This document shows, piece by piece, positions 1 through 9,592 of a stretch of DNA of 64,000 bases; positions within the stretch are counted from its first letter, which is position 1; each line of letters starts with the position of its first letter. The translations under genes and the position numbers were made by a program. The DNA is taken from NCBI GenBank assembly GCA_963766715.1, contig CAVYBH010000017.1:89868-153867 (forward strand), read 5' to 3'. The notes beneath the pieces were generated by a model. The model was not told the DNA's origin, did not search any database, and worked only from the letters and a program-made list of their open reading frames with translations. Origin of the DNA: an uncultured delta proteobacterium (GTDB taxonomy: Bacteria; Myxococcota; Myxococcia; Myxococcales; Anaeromyxobacteraceae).

Positions 1-128
1 GGCAGGCGGACGTCGACCTGGTGGTGGCCGGAAGCCGTGGCCAGGGCGCCGTGGCGCGCGCGCTCCTCGGGAGCGTCTCGGACCGCCTCGTCCACCTCTG
101 CCCGAAGCCCATCCTCGTCGTCCACTGA
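1..128 (+). CDS. Universal stress protein (UspA family), C-terminal fragment; the 5' end lies outside the window
   Basis: Frame-3 translation reads ...DLVVAGSRGQGAVARALLGSVSDRLVHLCPKPILVVH*, with TGA at 126-128. This matches the UspA C-terminal G-x2-G-x9-G(S/T) nucleotide-binding pattern. Confidence 0.6.
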   Translation, partial: QADVDLVVAGSRGQGAVARALLGSVSDRLVHLCPKPILVVH

Positions 129-188
129 CGACGCCGGCGGCTGGCGCGCTTGATCCCTGACCCGGGGGGGCCTAGATCTGCCGCCTCC

Positions 189-1328
189 ATGGGCGAGTCC
201 CTCCTCGACGAGCTGAAGCGGTACGTGGGCTTCGGGCCGGCCCACGAGGCGGCCCTCCGCGAGCTCTGCACCGTGGCCTCCCCCCACTTCCCCGCGATCG
301 CCGACACGTTCTACGCGCGCATCCTCGACCACGCCGAGGCGCGCCGGGCGCTCACGGGCGGCGAGAGCCGCGTCGGCCACCTCAAGGTGACGCTGGTGCG
401 CTGGATGGGCGAGTCGCTGGGCGGCCCCTGGGACGAGGCCTGGTGGGAGTCGCACTGCCGCATCGGACGCGTCCACGTCCGCATCGACCTGCCCCAGCAC
501 TACATGTTCGGGGCCATGAACGTGATCCGGGAGGAGCTCGACCGCGTGATCGAGCGGACCTGGCCCGGCGACGAGCCGCGGTGCGCGCGGGCGCGGGGCG
601 CCCTCGGGAAGGTGCTGGATCTGGAGCTGGCCATCATGCTCCACACCTATCGCGAGGACCTGCTCGCCAAGGCCTCCCGCTCGGAGCGGCTCGCCACGTT
701 CGGGCAGCTGGTCGGCTCGATCGGCCACGAGCTGCGCAACCCGCTCGGCGTGATCGAGAGCTCCCTCTTCCTCCTGCGGGGCCGGGTGAACGACGACGAG
801 CGCGTGAAGAAGCACCTCGATCGCATCGGCGATCAGGTCCGCCTCTCCAGCGACATCATCTCCGGCCTCCTCGACATGGTCCGCGACCGGCCGCTGCCGG
901 TGGACCGCGTCGCCCTGTCCGCGCTGGCAGGCGCCGCGGCGGAATCGGTTCCGCGCCCCGAGGGGGTGAGCCTGACCGTCGACGCCACCGGAGGGCTCGA
1001 GGTGCTCGGCGACGCCACCCAGCTCCGGCAGGCCCTCGTGAACCTCGTCCTGAACGCGGTCCAGGCCGTTTCGCCGCGCGGCGACGTCCGGGTGGCGGCG
1101 CGGCGGGAGGCTGCGGTGGTCGTCGTCGACGTCGAGGACACCGGCCCCGGCGTGGCCGAGTCGGTGCGCGACAGGCTCTTCGAGCCGCTCATCACCACCA
1201 AGGACCACGGGAGCGGCCTCGGCCTCGCGCTGGTGAAGCGCGTGGCCGAGCGGCACGGCGGCTCCGTGGGCCACGAGCCCCGCCCCGGCGGCGGCGCCCG
1301 CTTCTCCCTCCGCCTCCCGGCCGCCTGA
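189..1328 (+). CDS. Globin-coupled sensor histidine kinase (AfGcHK-like)
   Basis: ORF 150..1328, with ATG 189 ([12 protein letters not shown]) preferred over TTG 150. The N-terminal half looks like a sensor globin (FYARILDH..., candidate proximal His in [18 protein letters not shown]). The C-terminal half has the H-box [10 protein letters not shown] and HATPase boxes [14 protein letters not shown] and GSGLGLALV. Confidence 0.85.
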   Translation: MGESLLDELKRYVGFGPAHEAALRELCTVASPHFPAIADTFYARILDHAEARRALTGGESRVGHLKVTLVRWMGESLGGPWDEAWWESHCRIGRVHVRIDLPQHYMFGAMNVIREELDRVIERTWPGDEPRCARARGALGKVLDLELAIMLHTYREDLLAKASRSERLATFGQLVGSIGHELRNPLGVIESSLFLLRGRVNDDERVKKHLDRIGDQVRLSSDIISGLLDMVRDRPLPVDRVALSALAGAAAESVPRPEGVSLTVDATGGLEVLGDATQLRQALVNLVLNAVQAVSPRGDVRVAARREAAVVVVDVEDTGPGVAESVRDRLFEPLITTKDHGSGLGLALVKRVAERHGGSVGHEPRPGGGARFSLRLPAA

Positions 1329-1333
1329 CCGCC

Positions 1334-2041
1334 ATGCGCCGCTACCTCTTCGTCGACGACAACCGGGAGTTCGCCGAGAACCTCGTCGAGATCGTGGGGG
1401 ACTGCGGCGCCGATTGCGAGATGGCCGGCGGCGGCGCCGAGGCCATCGAGAAGGTGCGGCGGACGCGATTCGACGCCATCGTCACCGACATGCGCATGCC
1501 CGGCATGGGGGGCGCCGCCGTGGTCCACGAGGTCCGGCGCGTCGACCCGGGACTGCCCGCGGTGGTGCTGACCGCCCACGCCGGCGACGCCGACCTGGAT
1601 TCGGCCCGCCGGGAAGGGCTCCTCGCCGTGCTCGCCAAGCCGGCGCCCATCGAGCGCCTGCTCGCGCTGCTCGGGGCGGCCCGGCGGGACGGGCTGCTCG
1701 CGGTGCTCGAGGACGACGCCTCGCTGCTCGACAACCTCACCGAGGCGCTCCGGCAGCGAGGCTTCGCCGCCGTGACGGCCTCGTCGGTGCTCGACACCGA
1801 GAGGCTCGGCCCCGTCCGTCCGTTCGCCGCACTGGTCGACCTGCGCCTGCCGGGAGGGCCGGACGGCGAGGCGGTCCGCCGCCTCGAGGCCCGCTTCCCC
1901 GGGATCCCGCTCCTGGCGGTCACCGCCCATCCCTCCACGGCGCCGGCCCACTGCCGGGCCCTCTTCCAGAAGCCCTTCGACACCGCGGCGCTCCTCGCGG
2001 CCGTGGAGCGGCTCCACGAGGAAAGGATCCACTCTCCGTGA
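1334..2041 (+). CDS. Response regulator with two tandem receiver domains and no output domain
   Basis: ATG 1334 lies 5 nt after the kinase stop. REC1 reads YLFVDDN...AIVTDMRMPG (Asp52)...LAKP. REC2 reads VLEDDA...ALVDLRLPG (Asp169)...FQKP. The upstream part of ORF 443..2041 is an Arg/Pro-rich shadow. Confidence 0.85.
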   Translation: MRRYLFVDDNREFAENLVEIVGDCGADCEMAGGGAEAIEKVRRTRFDAIVTDMRMPGMGGAAVVHEVRRVDPGLPAVVLTAHAGDADLDSARREGLLAVLAKPAPIERLLALLGAARRDGLLAVLEDDASLLDNLTEALRQRGFAAVTASSVLDTERLGPVRPFAALVDLRLPGGPDGEAVRRLEARFPGIPLLAVTAHPSTAPAHCRALFQKPFDTAALLAAVERLHEERIHSP

Positions 2042-3144
2042 TTCCACATGCTCCCGCCCGCCGTCCCCGCGTCCTGGTGGTGGACGACAACGCGGCGCTG
2101 GCCGAGAACCTGCGCGACATCCTCCAGGAGGCCGGCTTCGCGGTCCGGGCGGCCGGCACCTGCGCCGAGGCCCACCTGGTCGCCCGCGCCGGCTTCGACG
2201 TGGCGCTCGTCGATCTCGGCCTGCCCGACGGCAACGGAACCGAGCTGGCGCAGGAGCTGAAGGACGCGTCGCCGGACAGCGAGGTGGTGCTCCTCACCGG
2301 CCACGCCACCATGGAGTCGGCGCTCGACGCGGTCCGGGCCGGCGCCTGCGCCTACCTCCAGAAGCCGGTCAACCCGCCCGAGCTCCTCATGACGCTCGAG
2401 ACGGCGATGCGCCACGTCCGGCTCCATTCGGAGAAGCGCGAGCTGGCGCGGCGCGCCGCCATGGCCGAGAAGCTCGCGGCGGTCGGCACCATGACCGCGG
2501 GGCTCTCGCACGAGATCCGCAACCCGCTGAACGCCGCGGCGCTGCAGCTCGTGGTGCTGGAGCGCCGGGTCGGGAAGCTCCCGGCGTCGGAGCAGGGACC
2601 GCTGCTGGCCCCGCTCCACCTGGTCCGGGACGAGATCCGCCGCCTCGACCACATCCTCGAGGACTTCCTGCAGTTCGCGCGTCCCCGGGAGTTCTACCCG
2701 AAGCCGGTGGAGGTGCTCCCCGTCCTCGACCGGGTCCTCACGCTGCTCGGCGGGCCGGCGGAGAAGCGGCACGTCCAGGTGATCCGCGACTTCGAGGTGG
2801 TCCCCCCGGTGGCCGGCGACGAGGAGCGGCTGCAGCAGGTGGTCATGAACCTGGGGCTCAACGCCATCGACGCGGTCCCCGACGGCTCCTGGGTCCGGGT
2901 CTCCTGCCGCATCGGGGAGGATCCCGAGCAGGTGGAGATCCTCATCGACGACGCCGGCCGGGGCGTCCCGGTGGAGATCCGGGAGCGGATCTTCGAGCCC
3001 TTCTTCACCACCAAGGCGGAGGGCTCGGGGCTCGGGCTGCCCATCGTCCACGCCATCGTGACCCAGCACGGCGGGACCATCACGGTGGAGGACGCGCCGG
3101 AGGGAGGCGCGCGCTTCGCGCTGCGGATCCCGCGGGCCCGCTGA
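2038..3144 (+). CDS. Hybrid receiver-histidine kinase (REC-HisKA-HATPase)
   Basis: GTG 2038 overlaps the upstream stop (GTGA). REC domain: RVLVVDDN...ALVDLGLPDG...LQKP. H-box: LSHEIRNPL. HATPase boxes: NLGLNAID, DDAGRGV, GSGLGLPIV. Confidence 0.85.
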   Translation: MIPHAPARRPRVLVVDDNAALAENLRDILQEAGFAVRAAGTCAEAHLVARAGFDVALVDLGLPDGNGTELAQELKDASPDSEVVLLTGHATMESALDAVRAGACAYLQKPVNPPELLMTLETAMRHVRLHSEKRELARRAAMAEKLAAVGTMTAGLSHEIRNPLNAAALQLVVLERRVGKLPASEQGPLLAPLHLVRDEIRRLDHILEDFLQFARPREFYPKPVEVLPVLDRVLTLLGGPAEKRHVQVIRDFEVVPPVAGDEERLQQVVMNLGLNAIDAVPDGSWVRVSCRIGEDPEQVEILIDDAGRGVPVEIRERIFEPFFTTKAEGSGLGLPIVHAIVTQHGGTITVEDAPEGGARFALRIPRAR

Positions 3145-3165
3145 GGCCTCGCGAGCCCCGCCCCG

Positions 3166-4599
3166 TCAGGAGCCGGTGGGCTCCTCGGAGAGGTCGTCGC
3201 CGCCGCGGTCCCCGGTGATCCCGGAGGCGTACTCCTTCAGGCGGTACTGGATCTTCCGCACGCTGATGCCGAGGATCTCGGCCGCGCGGGAGGTCGATCC
3301 TCCCACCATCTCGAGCGTCCGGAGGATGGCCTCGCGCTCGATCTCGTAGAGGGTCGCGCCGGGGATGAGTGCACCCGGGGTGCGTTCCCGCGGGCGAGGG
3401 CCGCGCAGCGTGGGCGGCAGGTCGTCGGCCGTCAGCTCGAGCCCCTTGGCGAGCACGACCGCGCGCTCCACCACGTTCTCCAGCTCGCGGACGTTCCCCG
3501 GCCAGTCGTGCGCCAGGAGCGCGTTCAGCGTCCCGGGCGCCAGCCCGCGGATCTCCTTGGCGTACGCCTTGCCGTACTTCTCGACGAAGTGGCTGACCAG
3601 CGCCGGGATGTCCCCCTTGCGCTGCCGGAGCGGCGGCAGCGTCACCGCCACGACGTTGAGCCGGTAGTAGAGGTCCTCGCGGAACTTGCCGCCCTTCACC
3701 TCGGCGGCCAGGTCCCGGTTGGTGGCGGCCACGAGCCGCACGTCGACCTTGATGGTCGAGACCCCGCCCACCCGCTCGAACTCCTTCTGCTGGAGGACGC
3801 GCAGGAGCTTGATCTGCAGGGCGGGAGAGATGTCGCCGATCTCGTCGAGGAAGAGGGTTCCCCCGTCGGCCAGCTCGAAGCGCCCTTCCTTGCGGCCGAT
3901 GGCGCCGGTGAAGGAGCCCTTCTCGTGGCCGAAGAGCTCGCTCTCCAGCAGGGTCTCGGAGAGGGCCGCGCAGTTCACCTTGATGAAGGGGCGATCGCGC
4001 CGGGGCGACTCCTCGTGGAGGGCCTGGGCGATGAGCTCCTTGCCGGTTCCCGATTCGCCCAGGATGAGGACGGTGGCCCGCGTGGGTGCGGCCCGCTTCA
4101 CCACCTCGTAGACGGCCTGGAGCTCCGGGGCGTCGCCGACGATGTTGTGGAAGCGGTAGCGCTCGCGCACCCGCTCGCGGAGGTTCTGCGTGTCCCGCTG
4201 CAGGCGCAGCTTCTCCAGCGCCTTCTCGAGGACCACCAGCACGGCGTTCACGTCGAGCGGCTTGACCAGGTAGTTCTCGGCCCCGGCGCGCATGGCCTCG
4301 ACGGCCGCCTCGACGCTGGCGAAGGCCGTCATCATCACGAAGACGGCGTCCGAGCCCTGCTCCCGCGCCTTCTTCAGGAGCGTGATGCCGTCCATCTTGG
4401 GCATCCGCACGTCGGCCAGCACCGCGGCGGGCGCGAAGGACTGCATGAGCTGGAGGGCGTCCTCGCCATCGGCCGCCTCCACGAGCTCGTAGCCCTCCTC
4501 GGTGAGGATGTCCCGAAGGGCCTGGCGCGCGTTTCCTTCGTCGTCGACGACGAGGATGCGCTCCTTGGCTCCCCGAAGTGCGTTCTTGCTCACCGTCAT
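3166..4599 (-). CDS. Sigma-54-dependent response regulator (NtrC family)
   Basis: REC domain: [10 protein letters not shown]...[15 protein letters not shown]+ domain: Walker [15 protein letters not shown] loop (GAFTGA variant), TLFLDEIG. C-terminal Fis-type HTH: [26 protein letters not shown] 4599 is chosen because GGAGG lies upstream; ATG 4617 is the alternative. Confidence 0.85.
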   Translation of the reverse strand: MTVSKNALRGAKERILVVDDEGNARQALRDILTEEGYELVEAADGEDALQLMQSFAPAAVLADVRMPKMDGITLLKKAREQGSDAVFVMMTAFASVEAAVEAMRAGAENYLVKPLDVNAVLVVLEKALEKLRLQRDTQNLRERVRERYRFHNIVGDAPELQAVYEVVKRAAPTRATVLILGESGTGKELIAQALHEESPRRDRPFIKVNCAALSETLLESELFGHEKGSFTGAIGRKEGRFELADGGTLFLDEIGDISPALQIKLLRVLQQKEFERVGGVSTIKVDVRLVAATNRDLAAEVKGGKFREDLYYRLNVVAVTLPPLRQRKGDIPALVSHFVEKYGKAYAKEIRGLAPGTLNALLAHDWPGNVRELENVVERAVVLAKGLELTADDLPPTLRGPRPRERTPGALIPGATLYEIEREAILRTLEMVGGSTSRAAEILGISVRKIQYRLKEYASGITGDRGGDDLSEEPTGS

Positions 4600-4794
4600 G
4601 TATTCGACCGCCTCCATGTCCCCGCCCGGCAGCGCAAGGGCTGCGGAGGGCCGCATGTTATGCACGCTTTGCGCGCTGCGGTCCACCCCCAATACAACGC
4701 AAACACCCAAGTTGACGACGTTCTTCCCGGAAAACAGGAGGAGGTGTCAGGACGAAAGCGTTGCGGTGGAGACGCCCCGAACCGGGGTGTGAGA

Positions 4795-5459
4795 TCAGGC
4801 GTTTCCGCCCAGTTCCTTCAACCGCCCGACCCTGTCGTAGGGGCGCCAGCGAAAGGTCGCGCCGAGAGCGAGCGCCTCGCGACGGCAGGCCTCCTCGTCG
4901 AGCCCGGGCATTCCCACGAAGCTCGCCTGGACCTCGGGGACGATGGCGCACCGCGGCACGGATGAAGGCGCGGGCCGCCTCCCAGGCGGCTCCCCCGTGC
5001 TGGTTGGGACAGAATCTTCGCGTAGGTCTCCGGGTCCGCGGCGTTCAGCGAGACGACGACTGCGCCTACACCCGCGGCAGCCAGCTCGGGAGTGACGTCG
5101 CGCCCCTCCCGGAGGTTGGCGAGTCCGTCGGTGTCGATGCGAACGCGACGGACGCCTCCCCGGACGAGGCGTCTCGCCACCTCGAGGAGGACGCCGAGAC
5201 GGCGAGTGGGCTCGCCGAGCCCGGTGAAGACCACTTCGGGTCGCCCCTGGATCCCGGCACGCTCCACCTGGGCCCACACCTCGTCCGCCGACGGGGCGCG
5301 CCCGAGCTGGAGGTCGTACCCACCCACCACCCAGTCGCCGTCCCGGATCTTGGGACAGAAGACGCAGGCGAGCGTGCAGGCCGAGGTCAGGTTCAGGTAC
5401 AGGGCGTCGCCGAGCGCGTAGGCGTACACCGGTTCCTGCAGAGCGTGCGTCGAGGACAC
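4795..5459 (-). pseudogene. Radical SAM protein (TatD-associated radical SAM type); reading frame broken twice (~5011 and ~4948)
   Basis: GTG 5459. The N-terminus VYAYALGDALYLNLTSACTLACVFC carries the CX3CX2C cluster motif. Protein-like sequence continues as ...AADPETYAKI / CPNQHGGAAWEAARAFIRAAV / IVPEVQASFVGMPGLDEEACRREALALGATFRWRPYDRV only after two +1 jumps. The family assignment is from memory of TIGR04038-like sequences. Confidence 0.65.
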
Positions 5460-5468
5460 CCCTGGGAC

Positions 5469-5777
5469 TTAATCGTCGCCGGGTCGATGGCCACTGCACC
5501 CGAGGCAGAACCTCGCCTCCGGGATGGCGCGAAGCCGCTGCAACCCGAGCGGGCCGCCGCAGGAGGCGCACGTGCCGTAGCTGCCCTCGGCGATCCGGCC
5601 CAGGGCCGCATCGACCTCGGCGAGCTCCCGCGCGAGCTTGTCGGCGAGCAAGCCCTCGGGCATCTCGTAGTCGGGAAGGAAGGGCCCACCCACGTCATGG
5701 GGCACGAGCTGCGAACGACGCAGTGCGTTCCGCCGGTTGAGGAGGAGGGACCTCGCTTCGCTTTCGATACGGCTCAT
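5469..5777 (-). CDS. DksA/TraR family C4-type zinc-finger protein
   Basis: ATG 5777 (MSRIESEARSLLLNRRNAL). Coiled-coil-like middle region and a C-terminal CASCGG...FCLGC four-cysteine finger. The remainder of ORF 5469..5981 is an Arg/Gly shadow. Confidence 0.7.
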   Translation of the reverse strand: MSRIESEARSLLLNRRNALRRSQLVPHDVGGPFLPDYEMPEGLLADKLARELAEVDAALGRIAEGSYGTCASCGGPLGLQRLRAIPEARFCLGCSGHRPGDD

Positions 5778-5955
5778 GTGGAGGACGGACTCCGCTGCGC
5801 CTCCGGGCGCAGGGCGTTCCTTTTCACGGGGCGTGCCGAGCGGGAAAGGCCGTGAAATCGGGGAATTCCGTTCGCACCGCTTGCGCCCACGCCGGGACCG
5901 AACGCATCCCTTGCGCGCGCGCCGCGAACCGCCCTCCCCGCCCCCGACCTCGACG

Positions 5956-6381
5956 CTAGTCGGTGTCGGACTCCTCGACACCCTTCCGGTGCCGGCGGAG
6001 CACGCTCACGAGCGCCTTCAGCGCGTCGGTGGTCGTGAAGATGCCGATGACGGTCGCCTGCTCGACCACCAGGGCCGAGCCGTGCTTCTGGGTCGCCATG
6101 GCCTCGGCGACCTCCTCGAGCGTGGCCTCCGGCGCCACCACGTACGGGTCGGAGCTCATCGCCTCCTCGACCAGCTCGCGGGCGGCATCCACGCCGCGGA
6201 GCGTCTCGAGCAGGTAGAGGTCGCGCTGGGACACGACTCCCTTCAGGTGGCCGTCGTCGACCACCGGCAGGTGCCGGACTCCCCTCTCCCTCATCGTCTG
6301 GTGCGCCTCGGCCAGCGTGTGCCGGCTCGTGATCACGTGCGGGCCCACCGTCATGAAGCGCCGGATCGCGTAGCGGGGCAT
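5956..6381 (-). CDS. CBS domain pair protein
   Basis: 141-aa ORF with two CBS repeats (FMTVGPHVITSRHTLAEAHQTM...HLPVVDDGHLKGVVSQRDL and MSSDPYVVAPEATLEEVAEAM...SALVVEQATVIGIFTTTD). Confidence 0.85.
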   Translation of the reverse strand: MPRYAIRRFMTVGPHVITSRHTLAEAHQTMRERGVRHLPVVDDGHLKGVVSQRDLYLLETLRGVDAARELVEEAMSSDPYVVAPEATLEEVAEAMATQKHGSALVVEQATVIGIFTTTDALKALVSVLRRHRKGVEESDTD

Positions 6382-6466
6382 CGGTTCCTCCGTTGGCTTC
6401 GAGCACAGACTAACTCCGGAACGCGCGGTTGTCTCGGACCTCCGGCTGGGTTAGCTTCCGCGCACC

Positions 6467-8074
6467 ATGGAGAAGATCTGGGTCAAGGACATCAAGGAAG
6501 GCGAGCGGGTCAAGGCGATCTTCGCGGTCGCCCGGAAGGCCGTTCCCACCGCCAAGAGCGGCAAGAGCTACCTGGCCGCCACGCTGGTGGACCGCACGGG
6601 TGAGATCGAGGCCCGCTCGTTCGACCGGGTGGAGGAGCTGTCGCCGCTCTTCGACGAGAAGGACCTCGTCGAGGTCGAGGGCACCATCGGCACCTTCCAG
6701 GGGAAGCCCCAGCTCCGCTTCGAGTCCGTGGCGCGGGTGGATCCGGCGACCGCCGGCGTCGACGCGACCGACTTCCTCTGGGCTCCTCCGCCCGAGCCCC
6801 GCAAGCCCGAGAAGGCCCCCGCCGAGGAGACCCCGGACGCGAACTGGACCGAGCTGCTCGGCCTCGTCGAGGCGATCACCGACGTCCACGTGAAGGACCT
6901 GATCAAGGCCTTCCTGGCGGACGACGAGCTCGTGGCGCGCCTGCGTCGCGCGCCAGCCGCGAAGAGCGTGCACCACGCCTACGCGGGCGGCCTGCTCGAG
7001 CACACGGTGAGCTGCATCAAGCTCTCGCACCGGATCGCCGATCAGTACCCCCAGCTCGACCGCGACCTGCTCGTCGCCGGCGCCTTCTTCCACGACCTGG
7101 GCAAGATCCGCGAGCTCTCCTACGAGCGGAACGTCGAGTACACCGACGAGGGGCGCCTGGTCGGCCACCTGGTCATGGCGGCGCAGTGGATCCACGACAA
7201 GGCCCGGCGCGTCGGCGTGCCGCGCGAGCTCGAGCAGCACGTCGTCCACATCGTCCTCTCGCACCACGGCAAGCTCGAGTACGGGTCGCCGAAGACGCCC
7301 ACCACGCTGGAGGCGCTCGTCACGCACTTCATCGACGACCTCGACAGCCGGATCAACTCCTGGGTCGGCCTGATGGGGCGCGAGGGCGGCAACCGCCGCT
7401 GGACCGACGCGCAGAACATCTACGGCCACCACATCTGGCGCGGCACGCTGCCCACGGCGCAGGTCGAGAAGAAGTCTCCGCCGCCCGAGCTGCTGACCCC
7501 GGTGATCTACGTCCCGCGCCCGGCGCAGCCGGGACAGCCTCCTCGCAAGCCGCAGGAGAAGAAGGCGAAGCCGGCTCGCCCGCCCCGGCCGGAGAGGACC
7601 GAGCCGCGTCCGGCCGCCGATGCCGGTGCGCCCCCCTCCGCTGCGCCCGCGGAGGGCGCCGCTCCCCGGCCCGAGCGCTCGGAGGCCCCGCCCCGCGCGG
7701 ATCGCCCCCAGCGCCCCGACCGGCCGGCCGACCGCGGTCCTCGCGGTCCCGGTGGCCACGGTGGACCGGGCGGCCCCGGCGGCCCCGGCAATCGCAAGCC
7801 GAGGTACACGGGTCCTCGCCTGCCGGGCGACAGGGGCCCGAGCGCGCGCCCCGACAAGCCGAAGAGCCTGACCCACAACCCGTTCGCCGCGCTGGCGGCC
7901 AAGGTGGAGGCCGGAAGGTCGGAGTCCGCTCCCGAGGCCCCCGCGGTCGCCGCCGAGCCGGAGAGCGCACCGCCCGCTCCTCCGCCCGAGCCCACCCCGG
8001 TCCAGCCGGAGACCCCGGCTCCCGAGCAGGCCCAGGACGCCTCCGCCCCCCCGAGCGGCGAGCCGAATCCCTGA
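6467..8074 (+). CDS. OB-fold plus HD-domain protein (YhaM-like 3'-5' exoribonuclease family) with a long low-complexity tail
   Basis: ATG 6467. N-terminal OB-fold segment: KSGKSYLAATLVDRTGEIEARSFD. HD motifs: HHAYAGGLLEHT, FFHDLGK, LSHHGKLEYGSP. The last ~215 aa are rich in Pro/Arg/Gly/Ala. Confidence 0.8.
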   Translation: MEKIWVKDIKEGERVKAIFAVARKAVPTAKSGKSYLAATLVDRTGEIEARSFDRVEELSPLFDEKDLVEVEGTIGTFQGKPQLRFESVARVDPATAGVDATDFLWAPPPEPRKPEKAPAEETPDANWTELLGLVEAITDVHVKDLIKAFLADDELVARLRRAPAAKSVHHAYAGGLLEHTVSCIKLSHRIADQYPQLDRDLLVAGAFFHDLGKIRELSYERNVEYTDEGRLVGHLVMAAQWIHDKARRVGVPRELEQHVVHIVLSHHGKLEYGSPKTPTTLEALVTHFIDDLDSRINSWVGLMGREGGNRRWTDAQNIYGHHIWRGTLPTAQVEKKSPPPELLTPVIYVPRPAQPGQPPRKPQEKKAKPARPPRPERTEPRPAADAGAPPSAAPAEGAAPRPERSEAPPRADRPQRPDRPADRGPRGPGGHGGPGGPGGPGNRKPRYTGPRLPGDRGPSARPDKPKSLTHNPFAALAAKVEAGRSESAPEAPAVAAEPESAPPAPPPEPTPVQPETPAPEQAQDASAPPSGEPNP

Positions 8075-8077
8075 CCC

Positions 8078-8800
8078 GTGGTCCCGTTCGGCCGCACCGC
8101 CGCGATCTTCGACGTCGACGACTCCCTGCTCGACGGCAACGCGGGCACGATCTTCTCCTGGTACCTCTACAGCGAGAAGATCATGCTCCCGGAGATCCGG
8201 TCCCGCATCCCGAGGCTGGTCTACGAGTTCGCCCGCCGGCGGCTCACCGAGCGGGACATGGTCGAGCTGGGGTCGCGCTGCCAGGCCGGGCTCTGGGTCG
8301 ACGACATCCGCGCGCACGCCCAGGACTGCTTCGAGCGGCACCTCAAGAAGCGCATCACGGCGGGCGCGGTGCGGCAGATCCGCAAGCACCTGCTCTCCGG
8401 CCACTACGTGCTCATCGCCTCCGGATCGCCCCAGTACATCGTGGACGAGGTGGCCCGCCACCTGCGGGTCCACGGGGCGATCGGCACGCGGACGCGAGCG
8501 GTCGACGGCAAGGCGACCCCCGACATCCTTCCGCCCATCGTGTTCCAGGACGGCAAGCGGGAAGCGGTCTCGCGTGCCCTGGAGCAGCAGGGGCTCGAGC
8601 TCGGACGCAGCTGGCTCTACTCCGACTCGTCGGCCGACGTGCCGCTCTTCGAGGCGGTGGGCCACCCCGTCGTGGTGAACCCCAAGGACGCCTTCCGCGC
8701 CGTCGCCGAGCAGCGGGGCTGGCCGGTGGTCCGCTGGAAGGAACGGAACCAGGAGGCCCAGGCCGACCTGGCGAGCGAGTGGTCGAGCTGGAACGGCTGA
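8078..8800 (+). CDS. HAD-IB family hydrolase (SerB-like superfamily)
   Basis: GTG 8078 lies 3 nt after the upstream stop. HAD motif I is AAIFDVDDSLLDG, with a later SGSPQYIV and a C-terminal acidic motif YSDSSADVPL. Confidence 0.8.
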   Translation: MVPFGRTAAIFDVDDSLLDGNAGTIFSWYLYSEKIMLPEIRSRIPRLVYEFARRRLTERDMVELGSRCQAGLWVDDIRAHAQDCFERHLKKRITAGAVRQIRKHLLSGHYVLIASGSPQYIVDEVARHLRVHGAIGTRTRAVDGKATPDILPPIVFQDGKREAVSRALEQQGLELGRSWLYSDSSADVPLFEAVGHPVVVNPKDAFRAVAEQRGWPVVRWKERNQEAQADLASEWSSWNG

Positions 8801-8815
8801 GCTTCGCGCCGCCCC

Positions 8816-9592
8816 TCACTTCAGGTTGAAGAGGCGCACCACGTTGGCCGTGGTGGCGGTGGCGACCTCGTCCGGCGTCGCGCCCCACAGCTCGGCCACC
8901 CGGGACGCCACGTGGACCACGTGGGCCGGCTCGTTCCTCTTCCCGCGGAAGGGCACCGGCGCGAGGAAGGGGCTGTCCGTCTCCACGAGCAGCCGGTCGC
9001 GCGGGACGCGGCGCACGGCGTCGCGGATGGCCTCCGCGGTCTTGAAGGTGACGATCCCGGCCACCGAGATGTACAGGCCGAGGTCGAGGTAGGTGCGGGC
9101 CGCCGCCCAGTCGCCCGTGAAGCAGTGGATGACGCCGCCCGCGCCGGGGAGCCCCTCCTCGCGGAGGATGGCCGCGCAGTCCGGGTCGGCCTCGCGCACG
9201 TGGACGACCAGCGGCTTCCCGACGGCCCTCGCGATCCGGATCGAGCGCCGGAAGCTCTCCCGCTGCACGTCCCGGGGCGAGAGGTCGTAGTGGTAGTCGA
9301 GCCCGGTCTCCCCCACCGCCACCACGGCGGGGTCGGCGGCCAGGCGCGCGCTCTCCTCCCAGTCGGCCTCCGGGACCCGGGCGCACTCGTGGGGGTGGAT
9401 GCCCACGGTCGCCGCGAACACCTCCGGACGGGACCGGGCGAGCGAGAGCGCGTTGCCGAAATCCCCCGGAGCTCGCCAGAGCCCGACCGCGACGATGCGC
9501 CCCACGCCGGCGGCGAGCGCGCGCTCGACCACGCCATCCACCTCGCCCGGGAAGTCCTCGAGGTCGAGGTGCGCGTGCGAGTCGACGAGCAT
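8816..9592 (-). CDS. TatD family metal-dependent hydrolase/DNase
   Basis: ATG 9592 shares one base with the metG stop (TGATG). Hallmarks: MLVDSHAHLD, GIHPHE, GETGLDYHY, VVHVREA, IHCFTG, LLVETDSPFLAP. Confidence 0.9.
   Translation of the reverse strand: MLVDSHAHLDLEDFPGEVDGVVERALAAGVGRIVAVGLWRAPGDFGNALSLARSRPEVFAATVGIHPHECARVPEADWEESARLAADPAVVAVGETGLDYHYDLSPRDVQRESFRRSIRIARAVGKPLVVHVREADPDCAAILREEGLPGAGGVIHCFTGDWAAARTYLDLGLYISVAGIVTFKTAEAIRDAVRRVPRDRLLVETDSPFLAPVPFRGKRNEPAHVVHVASRVAELWGATPDEVATATTANVVRLFNLK

Noticed and set aside
4659-4673. Sigma-54 promoter-like string tatGCACGctttGCg in the region upstream of the NtrC-like gene
   Set aside because: The -24 GG is missing (tG), the spacing to the GC element is off by one, and it points away from any gene start.
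5005-5016. Possible link between T insertions and GATC (Dam-type) sites: the breaks at ~5011, ~17972 and ~55400 all read GATTC where GATC would restore the frame
   Set aside because: In this codon usage nearly every AT dinucleotide sits in gat or atc codons, so GATC context is expected by chance. Many other GATC sites in the window are intact. There is not enough evidence for a methylation-motif effect.
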